Shown: positions 9,107 through 18,954 of the stretch, in pieces
Layout of the letters: each line of letters opens with the position of its first letter
Numbering within the stretch: position 1 is the stretch's first letter
DNA from: Desulfocapsa sulfexigens DSM 10523
GTDB lineage: Bacteria; Desulfobacterota; Desulfobulbia; Desulfobulbales; Desulfocapsaceae
NCBI RefSeq assembly: GCF_000341395.1
Contig: NC_020304.1
Location: 2,850,001-2,882,000 of the forward strand
DNA length: 32,000 nucleotides
Direction of reading: 5' to 3'
The notes under the pieces: generated by a model
What the model saw: only the letters and a program-made list of their open reading frames with translations
Databases searched by the model: none
What the model was told of the DNA's origin: nothing
Translations under genes and position numbers: made by a program

Positions 9107-10126
9107 ATGCGCATTGCCTTGGATGCCATGGGGGGTGACCATGGACCTGATGAGCAGATAGCCGGGGCAATACAGGCTTTAGAAGAATCTGATCTAAAGC
9201 TGACTCTGGTCGGGGATGAGATTGCCATTCAGGCCTGTCTTGATCGGATGGCTCCGGCCGATGATGTCCTTTCCAGATTACAGGTCGTACACACTTCCGA
9301 AATGGTTGAGATGGGAGAGTCCCCAGTCGATGCCATCAGGAAAAAGAAAAACTCTTCTGTTATGCTTGCCTTTGATCTAGTAAAGAAAGGTGAAGCTGAT
9401 GCTGCAGTCAGTGCTGGAAATTCTGGTGCCACCATGGCTGCAGCCATTCGTAAGCTCGGGCGCATAGAGAATGTGTCCCGCCCTGGTATAGCCAGCGCTT
9501 TTCCCACCCTCAAGAAACCTGTAGTGATGATGGATGTTGGTGCCAATGTGGACTGTCGGCCGCATCATTTGTTTCAATTCGCCCTCATGGCTGCCGCTTT
9601 TTCCCGTGTTTTTGAAATCAAGTCTCCTCGAGTGGGGATTTTAAGTATAGGTGCGGAAACAGGGAAGGGGAATATCCTTGTAAAAGAAACCCATACTTTA
9701 CTTGCTAACAGTTCCCTGAATTTCATTGGCAATGTCGAAGGGCGGGATATCTTCCAGGGTAATGTCGACGTGATTGTTTGCGATGGCTTTGTAGGAAATG
9801 TTTGTCTGAAAGTCAGTGAAGGCCTTATTGAAGCTGCCACCGAGACGCTACGTGAAGGTATCATGAACTCCATGAAGGCTAAGTTCGGTTATTTTCTTGC
9901 AAAACCCGTTTTCCTGAAATTTAAAAAGCGTATGGATTATGCTGAGTACGGTGGAGCACCACTGCTTGGGATAAATGGGACTGGAATTATCTGTCATGGA
10001 AAATCTAACGCGGTTGCCATTAAAAATGCAATTCTTGAAGCTGCCAAAATTGTTGAGATAAAGGTAAACGAAAAAATTGTAGCGAGCCTTGCCGAACATC
10101 CTGAACCTTTGGCGGAGAAGAAATAA
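9107..10126 (+). CDS. plsX: Phosphate acyltransferase
   Basis: 'MRIALDAMGGDHGPDEQIAGA', 'RKKKNSSVMLAFDLVKKGEADAAVSAGNSGATMAAA', 'CDGFVGNVCLKVSEG'. Confidence 0.97.
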   Translation: MRIALDAMGGDHGPDEQIAGAIQALEESDLKLTLVGDEIAIQACLDRMAPADDVLSRLQVVHTSEMVEMGESPVDAIRKKKNSSVMLAFDLVKKGEADAAVSAGNSGATMAAAIRKLGRIENVSRPGIASAFPTLKKPVVMMDVGANVDCRPHHLFQFALMAAAFSRVFEIKSPRVGILSIGAETGKGNILVKETHTLLANSSLNFIGNVEGRDIFQGNVDVIVCDGFVGNVCLKVSEGLIEAATETLREGIMNSMKAKFGYFLAKPVFLKFKKRMDYAEYGGAPLLGINGTGIICHGKSNAVAIKNAILEAAKIVEIKVNEKIVASLAEHPEPLAEKK

Positions 10127-11100
10127 TGGGTGCGGTTATTCTTGGGACCGGTTCTTGCCTCCCTGAACGGGTTGTTTCGAATCATGATCTTGAACAATTG
10201 GTTGAGACCAGTGATGAGTGGATTGTGAGTCGAACCGGTATCTCGACTCGACGTATCAGCGGCAAAGGTGAAAATACTTTTCAACTTGCAACGTCGGCAG
10301 CAAAAAAGGCCATGGATATGGCCAAGGTCACAGCAGATGATATTGATCTCATAATTGTTGCAACCATGAGTTCACATATGCTTATGCCCTCCTGTGCATG
10401 TTTTGTTCAAAAGGAACTTGGTGCCCAAAAGGCTTATGCCTATGATGTGAATGCAGCTTGTTCCGGTTTTCTTTTTGCACTTGATAACGGTGACAAACAT
10501 CTCCGTGTTGAGCGGCAGCAAAAAATTCTCATAATTGGAACAGAGACGCTGTCAAGTCGAACAAACTGGAAAGACAGAAATACCTGTATTTTGTTTGGCG
10601 ATGGTGCTGGTGCCGTAGTCCTTGAGTATCAAGATGAAAATCGTGGTATTGTTGCATCAAGCCTTTTTTCCGACGGTACGCTCTGGAATCTTCTTTATAT
10701 GCACACTGCTCCCTCTTGTAATCCAGAAATTGAGCAAGCTGACAATCCTGGGGCTCATATCCTGATGGAGGGAAGGGAAGTTTTTAAATATGCCGTCAAG
10801 GCCATGCAGGGTGCAATAGAAAATCTGCTTGTACGGGAACAGATAGATCTTGACGCCATAGACGTAATGATTCCTCATCAGGCAAACATCAGAATACTGA
10901 AAAAACTGGTCTCCCGCCTTGGTATAAAAAAAGAAAAAGTGTTCATAAACGTGCAGAAATATGGTAATACATCAGCGGCTTCCATCCCGATTGCTCTTGA
11001 CGAGGCAAATCGTGAAGGACGTTTGAAACGTGGTGATTTGCTTTTAGTTTGTTCCTTCGGTGGTGGGTTTACATGGGGAGCATCTTTGATTAGGTGGTAA
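10126..11100 (+). CDS. fabH: Beta-ketoacyl-ACP synthase III
   Basis: 'DEWIVSRTGI', active-site context 'AACSGFLFAL', 'PHQANIRI', 'YGNTSAASIPIAL'. Confidence 0.96.
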   Translation: MGAVILGTGSCLPERVVSNHDLEQLVETSDEWIVSRTGISTRRISGKGENTFQLATSAAKKAMDMAKVTADDIDLIIVATMSSHMLMPSCACFVQKELGAQKAYAYDVNAACSGFLFALDNGDKHLRVERQQKILIIGTETLSSRTNWKDRNTCILFGDGAGAVVLEYQDENRGIVASSLFSDGTLWNLLYMHTAPSCNPEIEQADNPGAHILMEGREVFKYAVKAMQGAIENLLVREQIDLDAIDVMIPHQANIRILKKLVSRLGIKKEKVFINVQKYGNTSAASIPIALDEANREGRLKRGDLLLVCSFGGGFTWGASLIRW

Positions 11101-11112
11101 AGAGGAGAGACG

Positions 11113-12267
11113 ATGGATTATTTTCTTACAGAAGAACAAAGCATGATTGTGGATATTGCCAGGCAGATAACAGACGAGCAGATCATTCCAAAGCGTGCAG
11201 AGCTTGATGAAAAAGATGAGTTTCCTCGTGAGATTCTCGAAAGTATGGGACAGGCAGATCTTTTCGGGGTGCCGATTCCTGAAGAGTATGGTGGTTTTGG
11301 TGGAGGATGTTTCGATATTGTCTTAGCTCTGGAACAGCTCGGTCGTGGCTGTATAGGTGTCGCAACTGCTTTTGCAGCAAGCGCCCTTGGAATTTATCCA
11401 ATTATGATTTCTGGATCTGAGGAAATGAAACAAAAGTATCTTCCCTCAGTTGCCGCTGGTAAGAAATTCGCAGCATTTGGCCTTACGGAGGCCAATGCCG
11501 GGTCAGATGCCTCTGGAATCCAGACCACTGCAACCCTGGATGGTGATGAGTGGGTTATTAATGGAACCAAACAGTGGATTACTAATGGTGGTGAAGCCCA
11601 GATATATACAGTTGTAGCTATCACTGACAGGTCAAAAGGTGCCCGTGGTGCTTCGATGTTTGTTGTGGAGGAAGGTGATCCTGGCTTTACCTGTGGGCCT
11701 AAAGAAAAAAAGATGGGGATTCGTGCCTCGTCCACCACGGAATTGATTTTTAAAGATTGCAGAATTCCCAAAGACAGACTTATTGGGCGTTTGGGAACCG
11801 GGTTTATCACCGTGATGAAGACTCTTGATTCATCCCGTCCAGGTATTGCAGCACTTGGACTTGGTATTGGACAGGCTTGCATTGATGAGGCAACATCCTA
11901 TGCCAAACAGAGAATTCAGTTTGATAAACCTATTATTGGATTCCAGGCGATTCAGCATATTCTGGCAGATATGGCCATTCAGTTGGAGGCTTCAAGAGCA
12001 CTTGTCTATGCATCCGCCAAGCATATTGATGCGCACCCCAAGGATATGTCAAAAGTTTCCTCCATGTGCAAAGTCATGGCGACCGATATGGCTATGAAGG
12101 TGAGTACCGATGCTGTACAGGTTATGGGAGGCTATGGTTATATGCGTGAATATCCTGTTGAGAAAATGATGCGTGATGCCAAGATTCTCCAGATTTATGA
12201 AGGAACAAATCAGGTACAGCGTAATGTGATTGGTCAGGAACTAAATAAGGAATACTCGCGTAAATAG
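11113..12267 (+). CDS. Acyl-CoA dehydrogenase family protein
   Basis: 'FGLTEANAGSDASGIQTTA', 'WVINGTKQWITNGG', 'MGIRASSTTELIFKDCRIP', 'QVMGGYGYMREYPVEKMMRDAKILQIYEGTNQVQRNVIGQEL' with a Glu in the YEGT context. Confidence 0.95.
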   Translation: MDYFLTEEQSMIVDIARQITDEQIIPKRAELDEKDEFPREILESMGQADLFGVPIPEEYGGFGGGCFDIVLALEQLGRGCIGVATAFAASALGIYPIMISGSEEMKQKYLPSVAAGKKFAAFGLTEANAGSDASGIQTTATLDGDEWVINGTKQWITNGGEAQIYTVVAITDRSKGARGASMFVVEEGDPGFTCGPKEKKMGIRASSTTELIFKDCRIPKDRLIGRLGTGFITVMKTLDSSRPGIAALGLGIGQACIDEATSYAKQRIQFDKPIIGFQAIQHILADMAIQLEASRALVYASAKHIDAHPKDMSKVSSMCKVMATDMAMKVSTDAVQVMGGYGYMREYPVEKMMRDAKILQIYEGTNQVQRNVIGQELNKEYSRK

Positions 12268-12285
12268 CAAACAGAGTTAACTACT

Positions 12286-13065
12286 ATGAAGATTGTTGTC
12301 TGTATCAAACAGGTGCCGGATGCCAAGGATGTACGTCTTGATCCGGTGACTAATACGCTGGCAAGAGAAGGGGTTCAGTCCATTATGAATCCCTATGATC
12401 AGCACGCTGTTGAGGAAGCAGTCCACCTGAAAGAAAAACTTGGTGGTACTGTAACTGTGTTGAGCATGGGACCGCCCCAGGCTGAAGAGGTTCTTAGACA
12501 GGCTATTTCCTGTGGTGCTGATCATGCAGTACTGGTCTCCGATCGAGCATTTGCAGGGGCCGATACCTGGGCTACTTCTTACACCCTTGCTAAGGCGGTT
12601 CAAAAGATTGGTGACTTTGATCTGATCCTCTGCGGAAAGCAGGCGATAGATGGTGATACTGCTCAGGTTGGACCAGGCCTTGCCATTCAACTCGACATTC
12701 CATTTGTTACCTGTATTCAGAAAATTCGTGAGGCAACGGATACAGAGCTTGTTATGGAACGGATGATGGATGATGGGTATGATGTGTTGGCCGTTGACTA
12801 TCCTGTTCTACTTACCGTTGTGAAGGATATTAATACTCCACGTGTGCCTTCATTGAAGGGCAAGATGAAAGCGAAAAAGGCGGAAATCCTCGTCCTGTCT
12901 GCCGCAGATGTCGGTGCTGATCCGAAAAAAATTGGTTTAGCAGGATCACCGACTCAGGTTGTTGATGTGTTCCCGCCACCTCCGCGTGGAGAGAGAGCTC
13001 TTTTGACCGGTTCCATTGATGACCAGGTTGAACAACTGGTTGAAAGACTGGCTGTCTACCTATAA
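12286..13065 (+). CDS. etfB: Electron transfer flavoprotein, beta subunit
   Basis: 'MKIVVCIKQVPDAKDVRLDP...NPYDQHAVEEAVHLKE', 'LILCGKQAIDGDTAQVGPGLA'. Confidence 0.96.
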   Translation: MKIVVCIKQVPDAKDVRLDPVTNTLAREGVQSIMNPYDQHAVEEAVHLKEKLGGTVTVLSMGPPQAEEVLRQAISCGADHAVLVSDRAFAGADTWATSYTLAKAVQKIGDFDLILCGKQAIDGDTAQVGPGLAIQLDIPFVTCIQKIREATDTELVMERMMDDGYDVLAVDYPVLLTVVKDINTPRVPSLKGKMKAKKAEILVLSAADVGADPKKIGLAGSPTQVVDVFPPPPRGERALLTGSIDDQVEQLVERLAVYL

Positions 13066-13088
13066 AGAGACTGGAGAAAGAGAAAACT

Positions 13089-14282
13089 ATGCTGATTGTT
13101 GATAAAGAACGGTGTACCGGTTGTGGTGTCTGTGAAGCTAATTGTGCTTTTGGGGCCATTGAAGTTGTTGATGGTATAGCCGTTGTCGGTGATGCCTGTA
13201 CTCTTTGTGGAGCCTGTGTAGAGAGTTGTGAGTTTGACGCCTTAACGATAGAGGGTGCTGAAAAAAGTGTTCAGATGGATCTGGAAAGCTGGAGCGGCAT
13301 CTGGGTTTACTGTGAATTCAGGGGTGGTAATTTAGCAACTGTTGCCTTGGAACTTCTGGGTGTCGGTCGAACACTTGCTGATGCCAGAGGTGTCAAATTG
13401 GTTGCAGTGTTGATTGGTTCCGAAACAGGTGACAGCGCTGAAAAGTTAATCGGCCACGGCGCTGATATTGTCTATCGTGCAGATGATCCTGCGCTCCACT
13501 ATTTTACCGATGAAGCATATGGGGCCATTCTTACAGAATTAATACGTAAGAAAAAACCGGAAGTAGTTCTTGCAGGTGCCACTGCTATTGGTCGTTCATT
13601 TTTTCCAGGTGTTGCAAATGCTCTTGGGGCCGGGCTTACTGCGGACTGTACTCAACTGGCAATACGCGCTGGTGACGGTGCGTTGCTGCAGACACGGCCA
13701 GCCTTTGGAGGCAACATCATGGCAACCATTGAATGCCCAGGCTCGAGACCACAGATGTCCACTGTACGGCCCAATGTGATGAAACAGCTTGAGTTTGATC
13801 CAAGTCGTAGTGGTGAGATTATAGATATAGATCTTGCTCCAGCCATGCTCAAGTCAAAAGTCAGGGTGTTGGAATCCGTTGTCTCTGATTCTGATGATGT
13901 CAATATTCAGGAATCTGATATTCTGGTCGGGGGTGGACGAGGACTTGATACTGAGAAAGGCTTTACCCTTATCCGTGAACTCGCCAGAAGTCTCGATGGT
14001 TCTGTTTCTGCAAGCCGTGCAGTTGTTGATGCCGGATGGATAGGATATCCTCACCAGGTTGGGCAGACCGGGAAAACAGTTGCTCCCAAGTTGTATATTG
14101 CCTGTGGTATTTCCGGGGCAATTCAGCATGTTGCCGGAATGCAATCATCTGAGACTATTGTTGCTATTAATCGTGATGAGAATGCTCCGATATTTAACGT
14201 TGCTGACTTTGGCATAGTGGGTGATCTGTTTGAGGTTTTACCTAAACTTATCAGTAAAATTGAGGAACATCGAAAATCATGA
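13089..14282 (+). CDS. etfA: Electron transfer flavoprotein, alpha subunit with N-terminal 2x[4Fe-4S] ferredoxin-like domain
   Basis: 'CTGCGVCEANC' and 'CTLCGACVESC' at the N-terminus; C-terminal 'SRAVVDAGWIGYPHQVGQTGKTVAPKLYIACGISGAIQHVAGM' FAD-binding motif. Confidence 0.95.
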   Translation: MLIVDKERCTGCGVCEANCAFGAIEVVDGIAVVGDACTLCGACVESCEFDALTIEGAEKSVQMDLESWSGIWVYCEFRGGNLATVALELLGVGRTLADARGVKLVAVLIGSETGDSAEKLIGHGADIVYRADDPALHYFTDEAYGAILTELIRKKKPEVVLAGATAIGRSFFPGVANALGAGLTADCTQLAIRAGDGALLQTRPAFGGNIMATIECPGSRPQMSTVRPNVMKQLEFDPSRSGEIIDIDLAPAMLKSKVRVLESVVSDSDDVNIQESDILVGGGRGLDTEKGFTLIRELARSLDGSVSASRAVVDAGWIGYPHQVGQTGKTVAPKLYIACGISGAIQHVAGMQSSETIVAINRDENAPIFNVADFGIVGDLFEVLPKLISKIEEHRKS

Positions 14283-15022
14283 GTCTGAAGGGGAAAAATG
14301 CATTGGTCACCGGTGGGAGCAGAGGAATTGGTCGTGCGATCTGTATTCGTCTTGCTGCCATGGGAGCCCATGTGTATATAAACTATGTGTCCAATCCCGA
14401 CGCTGCCAGTGAAACCCGAAAAATTATCATTGACGCAGGAGGGAGCGCTGATATCCTTGCGTTTAATGTTGGGGAGAGTACCCAGGCTCAGGATGCAATA
14501 CAAAGTTTAATAAAAGAAGCCGGGTCTCTCGATATACTTGTAAATAATGCAGGGATTACCCGGGATGGCTTGATGGCCAGAATGAAAGAAGAAGATTGGG
14601 ACGCCGTTCTTGATATCAATCTTAAAGGTTCTTTTATCTGTTCAAAGGCAGCGGCACGTTCCATGATGAAAAAAAGATGGGGACGGATTGTCAATATTTC
14701 TTCAGTCATAGGTTTTGCCGGAAATGCCGGACAGGTTAACTATGCAGCAGCCAAGGCTGGAATGCAAGGTCTGACTAAATCAATGGCACGTGAGTTTGCT
14801 GGACGGAATATTACGGTTAATGCGGTTGCCCCCGGGTATATCAGTACCGATATGACCCGTGACCTCCCTGAAGCAATACAGGAAAAAATTAAAAATCAAA
14901 TTCCCCTGGCAAGTCTTGGCAGTCCTCAAGATGTTGCTGGAGCAGTTGCGTATCTTGTCAGTGATGATGGGGCGTATGTCACAGGAAATACAATTCATGT
15001 GAATGGTGGAATGTATATGTGA
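14279..15022 (+). CDS. fabG: 3-oxoacyl-ACP reductase
   Basis: 'GKNALVTGGSRGIGRAI', 'LVNNAGITRDGLMARM', 'YAAAKAGMQGLTKSMAREFAGRNITVNAVAPGYISTDM'. Confidence 0.95.
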   Translation: MSLKGKNALVTGGSRGIGRAICIRLAAMGAHVYINYVSNPDAASETRKIIIDAGGSADILAFNVGESTQAQDAIQSLIKEAGSLDILVNNAGITRDGLMARMKEEDWDAVLDINLKGSFICSKAAARSMMKKRWGRIVNISSVIGFAGNAGQVNYAAAKAGMQGLTKSMAREFAGRNITVNAVAPGYISTDMTRDLPEAIQEKIKNQIPLASLGSPQDVAGAVAYLVSDDGAYVTGNTIHVNGGMYM

Positions 15023-15123
15023 TTTACAGTTTCCTCTGAGTTTGTTAATAGTGGTGTCTGTGACCGAATACCCGAAAAATTCGGGATTCATAAAAAATAG
15101 TAAAAAACATACAGGAGCAAAAA

Positions 15124-15354
15124 ATGGCAATTGAACAACAGATGGTTGATATTATCGTTGAGCAGTTGAGTGTTGATAAAGATAAAGTGGTTCCCGGTGC
15201 ATCATTTGTTGATGACCTTGGGGCCGATTCCCTCGATCTTGTTGAACTGATTATGGCAATGGAAGAAGAATTTGACGTCGAAATTCCCGACGAGGAAGCC
15301 GAAAAAATCGCTACTGTCCAGAATGCTATTGATTTTGTAAACAACTTGAAATAA
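15124..15354 (+). CDS. acpP: Acyl carrier protein
   Basis: '[33 protein letters not shown]' with the phosphopantetheine Ser in the 'DSL' motif. Confidence 0.97.
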   Translation: MAIEQQMVDIIVEQLSVDKDKVVPGASFVDDLGADSLDLVELIMAMEEEFDVEIPDEEAEKIATVQNAIDFVNNLK

Positions 15355-15401
15355 TTTTTTTCCGGGGTGCTTGGTGCTTCCTGGAACTCAAGAGGAATAC
15401 A

Positions 15402-16646
15402 ATGGCTAAGCGCAGAGTAGTTGTAACAGGCATTGGTTTGGTAACTCCTTTAGGAACTGGAAGGGATAAGACCTGGAAAAAGCTTCTTAACGGGGAAAGT
15501 GGTATAGGTCCGATTACTCGTTTCGATGCCTCCGGGTTTGCCTCGCAGATAGCTGCTGAGGTGTCCGATTTTGAGACCCTGGATCATTTTGATACAAAAA
15601 GTTCCAAACATCTTGATCTTTTTGTTCAATATGGCATCGTTGCTGCTCGTTCTGCCATTGAAGACAGCGGCGTGAATATTACTCCAGGTAATTGCAACAG
15701 GGTTGGGGTGATAACCGGCTGTGGCATGGGGGGGCTTGGGACGATTGAGAAGAACCACAGCGTTTATCTTGATCGCGGTTCAAAAAGGATATCACCATTC
15801 TTTATCCCAATGGCGATCCCTAATATGCCATCCGGGCATATATCTATGCAGATAGGCGCCAAAGGCCCTAACCTGTCATTGTCCACAGCCTGTGCTGCAG
15901 GGACTCATGCAGTTGGAGAAGCTTTCAGGTCCATTGTTTATGGAACTACTGATATTGTGGTAACCGGTGGGACTGAGTCTGTTATTTGTCCACTTGGGGT
16001 TGGTGGGTTCTCAGCTATGAAAGCTTTATCGACGAGAAACGATGACCCTACCAAGGCTTCACGTCCTTTTGATAAAGATCGTGATGGTTTTTTGATTGCT
16101 GAAGGTGCAGGCATGATTGTTCTTGAGGAATTGGAGCATGCACTTGCCAGAGGTGCTGATATTTATGCAGAAATGGTTGGTGCAGGAGCATCCAGTGATG
16201 CATATCACATCGCTGCTCCTCCTGAAGATGGCAACGGTGCAGCTCGCTGTATGGAAATGGCACTCCAGGATGCTGGTTTATTGCCATCTGATATTGATTA
16301 TATTAATGCCCATGGAACGTCTACTCCTTTGAATGATCGTTGTGAAACTGCTGCTATCAAAAGTGTTTTCGGTGACCATGCTGCAAAACTTGCCATTAGT
16401 TCAACAAAATCAATGACCGGACATGCTCTTGGCGCAGCTGGTGGTCTTGAGGCTGCGTTCCTTGCCATGACTATTAAGGATCAGATTGCTCCACCCACTA
16501 TTAACCTGGATAGTCCGAGCATTGAATGTGATCTGGACTACGTTCCGCATATCGCAAGAAAGATGGAAATTAGAGCTGCTATTTCCAATTCTTTTGGCTT
16601 TGGTGGAACCAATGGTGTTGTCGTTATGAAGCGTTTTGGTTCTTGA
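15402..16646 (+). CDS. fabF: Beta-ketoacyl-ACP synthase II
   Basis: 'RRVVVTGIGLVTPLG', 'STACAAGTHAVGEAF', 'NAHGTSTPLND', 'KSMTGHALGAAGGLEAAF', 'NSFGFGGTN'. Confidence 0.97.
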   Translation: MAKRRVVVTGIGLVTPLGTGRDKTWKKLLNGESGIGPITRFDASGFASQIAAEVSDFETLDHFDTKSSKHLDLFVQYGIVAARSAIEDSGVNITPGNCNRVGVITGCGMGGLGTIEKNHSVYLDRGSKRISPFFIPMAIPNMPSGHISMQIGAKGPNLSLSTACAAGTHAVGEAFRSIVYGTTDIVVTGGTESVICPLGVGGFSAMKALSTRNDDPTKASRPFDKDRDGFLIAEGAGMIVLEELEHALARGADIYAEMVGAGASSDAYHIAAPPEDGNGAARCMEMALQDAGLLPSDIDYINAHGTSTPLNDRCETAAIKSVFGDHAAKLAISSTKSMTGHALGAAGGLEAAFLAMTIKDQIAPPTINLDSPSIECDLDYVPHIARKMEIRAAISNSFGFGGTNGVVVMKRFGS

Positions 16647-16666
16647 TTTAGATAAAAGGGGACAGT

Positions 16667-17092
16667 GTGAGAGTAGCAATCGGTTCAGATCATGGTGGAT
16701 TTTCGTTAAAAGAAGTAATTATACCTCTCTTAAAGGAACTGGGCCACGAAGTTATTGATGTTGGTTGCCATGACGAGCAATCCGTTGATTATCCAGGTTT
16801 TGCTGATCTTGTCTGTGAACAGATCATGTCCTCTGAGGCCGATAAAGGTATCCTTATATGTGGGACAGGAATTGGTATGTCCATGGCTGCAAACAAACAT
16901 GAAGGTATCCGGGCCGCATTGTGCAGTGAGCAATACACAGCACGCATGAGTCGCGAACATAATGATGCAAATATTCTTTGCATGGGGGAACGTGTTACTG
17001 GTCCTGGAGTAGCGATGGAAATCGTTCGAACCTGGCTTGATACACCTTTTGGAGGTGGACGGCATCAGCGTCGTATAGAGTTGTTCAGTTAA
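16667..17092 (+). CDS. rpiB: Ribose-5-phosphate isomerase B
   Basis: 'VAIGSDHGGFSLKEVI', 'DVGCHDEQSVDYPGFA', 'GILICGTGIGMSMAANKHEGIRAALC'. Confidence 0.95.
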   Translation: MRVAIGSDHGGFSLKEVIIPLLKELGHEVIDVGCHDEQSVDYPGFADLVCEQIMSSEADKGILICGTGIGMSMAANKHEGIRAALCSEQYTARMSREHNDANILCMGERVTGPGVAMEIVRTWLDTPFGGGRHQRRIELFS

Positions 17093-17116
17093 AGTGATTT
17101 TATTAAAATCTACTGT

Positions 17117-17153
17117 TAAAGCCGGCTTACTTTCTTGGGTATGCCGGTTTTTT
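17117..17153 (+). terminator. Candidate rho-independent terminator after rpiB
   Basis: 'TTAAAGCCGGCTTAC...GTATGCCGGTTTTTT': GC-rich stem followed by a T-run. Confidence 0.7.
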
Positions 17154-17199
17154 CGTCTGTTTAGTGATAAACAGATACTATTTTCAATAAGAAGAGAGA

Positions 17200-18444
17200 A
17201 TGTTTATGTCTGCCTTAGAAAACACTGATCCAGATATCTTTGCCTGTATCAACAATGAGTATGAACGTCAAAACAGTCAACTTGAATTGATAGCATCTGA
17301 AAATATTGTTTCCGCAGCAGTTCTTGAGGCTCAGGGGTCTATTTTTACCAATAAATATGCCGAAGGATATCCTCAGAAACGATATTATGGTGGATGTGAT
17401 CAGGCTGATAAAGTTGAGACGCTTGCCATAGACAGAGCTAAGGAGATTTTTGGTGCTGAATATGCTAATGTCCAGCCCCATTCCGGGTCTCAGGCAAATA
17501 TGGCTGTTTATTTCGCCACATTAAAGCCTGGCGATAAGGTGCTTGGGATGGATCTTGCCCATGGTGGTCATTTAACCCATGGTAGCGGGGTCAATTTCTC
17601 AGGTCAGTTGTTTAACTTTCTCTCTTACGGGGTAGAAAGGAAAACTGAACAGATTAATATGGAAGAAGTTGAACGTATTGCTTTTGAAAACCGGCCCAAG
17701 ATGATAGTTGCCGGAGCTTCTGCCTACTCCCGCTTTATTGATTTTGAAGGTTTTCGTAAGATTGCCGACCAGATAGGTGCTTTATTTATGGTAGATATGG
17801 CACATATCGCAGGGCTTGTTGCTGCGGGGGTACATCCCTCTCCCGTGCCATATGCTGATTTTGTAACGACTACCACCCATAAGACCATGCGTGGGCCACG
17901 TGGTGGCTTGATTCTTGCTCGGAATAAATGGGGACAGAGTTTGAACTCCAAGATTTTTCCTGGTATTCAGGGAGGCCCCCTTGTCCATGTGATATCAGCT
18001 AAGGCCGTCGCCTTTAAAGAGGCTATGACGGATTCCTTTAAAAGCTACCAACAACAGGTTGTAGATAATGCCAGTGCGCTTGGTCAGAACCTTGTTAATA
18101 AAGGGTTCAGATTAGTTTCCGGGGGAACTGATAATCATCTCATTCTTCTGGATCTGACAAGTAAGGATATTACTGGTAAGGAAGCGGAGGAACTGCTGGA
18201 GCGAGCTGGATTGACCACAAACAAGAATGCTATTCCTTTTGATAAACAACCGCGATTTGTTACTTCCGGGATTCGCATAGGTACCCCTGCTGTTACAACA
18301 AGAGGCCTTGGAATTAAAGAAATGGGTCTTATTGCTGAGTGGATTGAACGTGTTCTTACAGAGAGAAGTGACGAAGCGATGATTGCAGTGCGTCAGGAAG
18401 TGCGAGCGCTGTGTGACACTCACCCACTGTCTAATATTTTCTGA
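17200..18444 (+). CDS. glyA: Serine hydroxymethyltransferase
   Basis: '[20 protein letters not shown]', '[15 protein letters not shown]', '[17 protein letters not shown]', '[13 protein letters not shown]'. Confidence 0.97.
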   Translation: MFMSALENTDPDIFACINNEYERQNSQLELIASENIVSAAVLEAQGSIFTNKYAEGYPQKRYYGGCDQADKVETLAIDRAKEIFGAEYANVQPHSGSQANMAVYFATLKPGDKVLGMDLAHGGHLTHGSGVNFSGQLFNFLSYGVERKTEQINMEEVERIAFENRPKMIVAGASAYSRFIDFEGFRKIADQIGALFMVDMAHIAGLVAAGVHPSPVPYADFVTTTTHKTMRGPRGGLILARNKWGQSLNSKIFPGIQGGPLVHVISAKAVAFKEAMTDSFKSYQQQVVDNASALGQNLVNKGFRLVSGGTDNHLILLDLTSKDITGKEAEELLERAGLTTNKNAIPFDKQPRFVTSGIRIGTPAVTTRGLGIKEMGLIAEWIERVLTERSDEAMIAVRQEVRALCDTHPLSNIF

Positions 18445-18471
18445 TATCTATCTTAATTTACAGGAGATTTA

Positions 18472-18954
18472 ATGAAGTGTCCCTATTGCGGTCATCTTGA
18501 CAATAAGGTTATCGACTCACGGCTTAATAAAGAAAGTACTATTACCAGAAGACGGCGTTCCTGTCTTTCTTGTGAACAGCGCTTTACTACTTATGAGCGC
18601 CTTGAGGTTATGCTTCCCATGCTTGTTAAGAAAGATGGTAGAAGAGAGGTATGGGATAGGCAGAAGATGGTTGTTGGTCTTGAGAAAGCCTGTGAAAAGC
18701 GTCCTGTAAGCTGTGATGATATAGATGAATTTGTTGACAATATTGAAAGCAAGCTGCAGGATTTTCCCTCCAAGGAAGTTCCATCAGTGGTCATTGGTGA
18801 ATGGGTTATGGAAGATCTTCCAGGTCTTGATGAAGTTGCCTATGTCCGTTTTGCCTCTGTGTACCGTCAATTTAAAGACGTTAACGAATTTATGGATGAG
18901 TTGAAGGGGCTACTCGATTCAAGGGGCGATGTTGAGTCTAAAAAAGAAGGCTGA
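18472..18954 (+). CDS. nrdR: Transcriptional repressor NrdR
   Basis: '[42 protein letters not shown]' zinc ribbon plus ATP-cone. Confidence 0.96.
   Translation: MKCPYCGHLDNKVIDSRLNKESTITRRRRSCLSCEQRFTTYERLEVMLPMLVKKDGRREVWDRQKMVVGLEKACEKRPVSCDDIDEFVDNIESKLQDFPSKEVPSVVIGEWVMEDLPGLDEVAYVRFASVYRQFKDVNEFMDELKGLLDSRGDVESKKEG

Noticed and set aside
12277-12690. 137-aa minus-strand ORF over the start of etfB
   Set aside because: It overlaps a strongly recognised etfB and has no recognisable domain.
14123-14503. 126-aa minus-strand ORF over the etfA/fabG junction
   Set aside because: Antisense to two confident CDSs, with no family resemblance.
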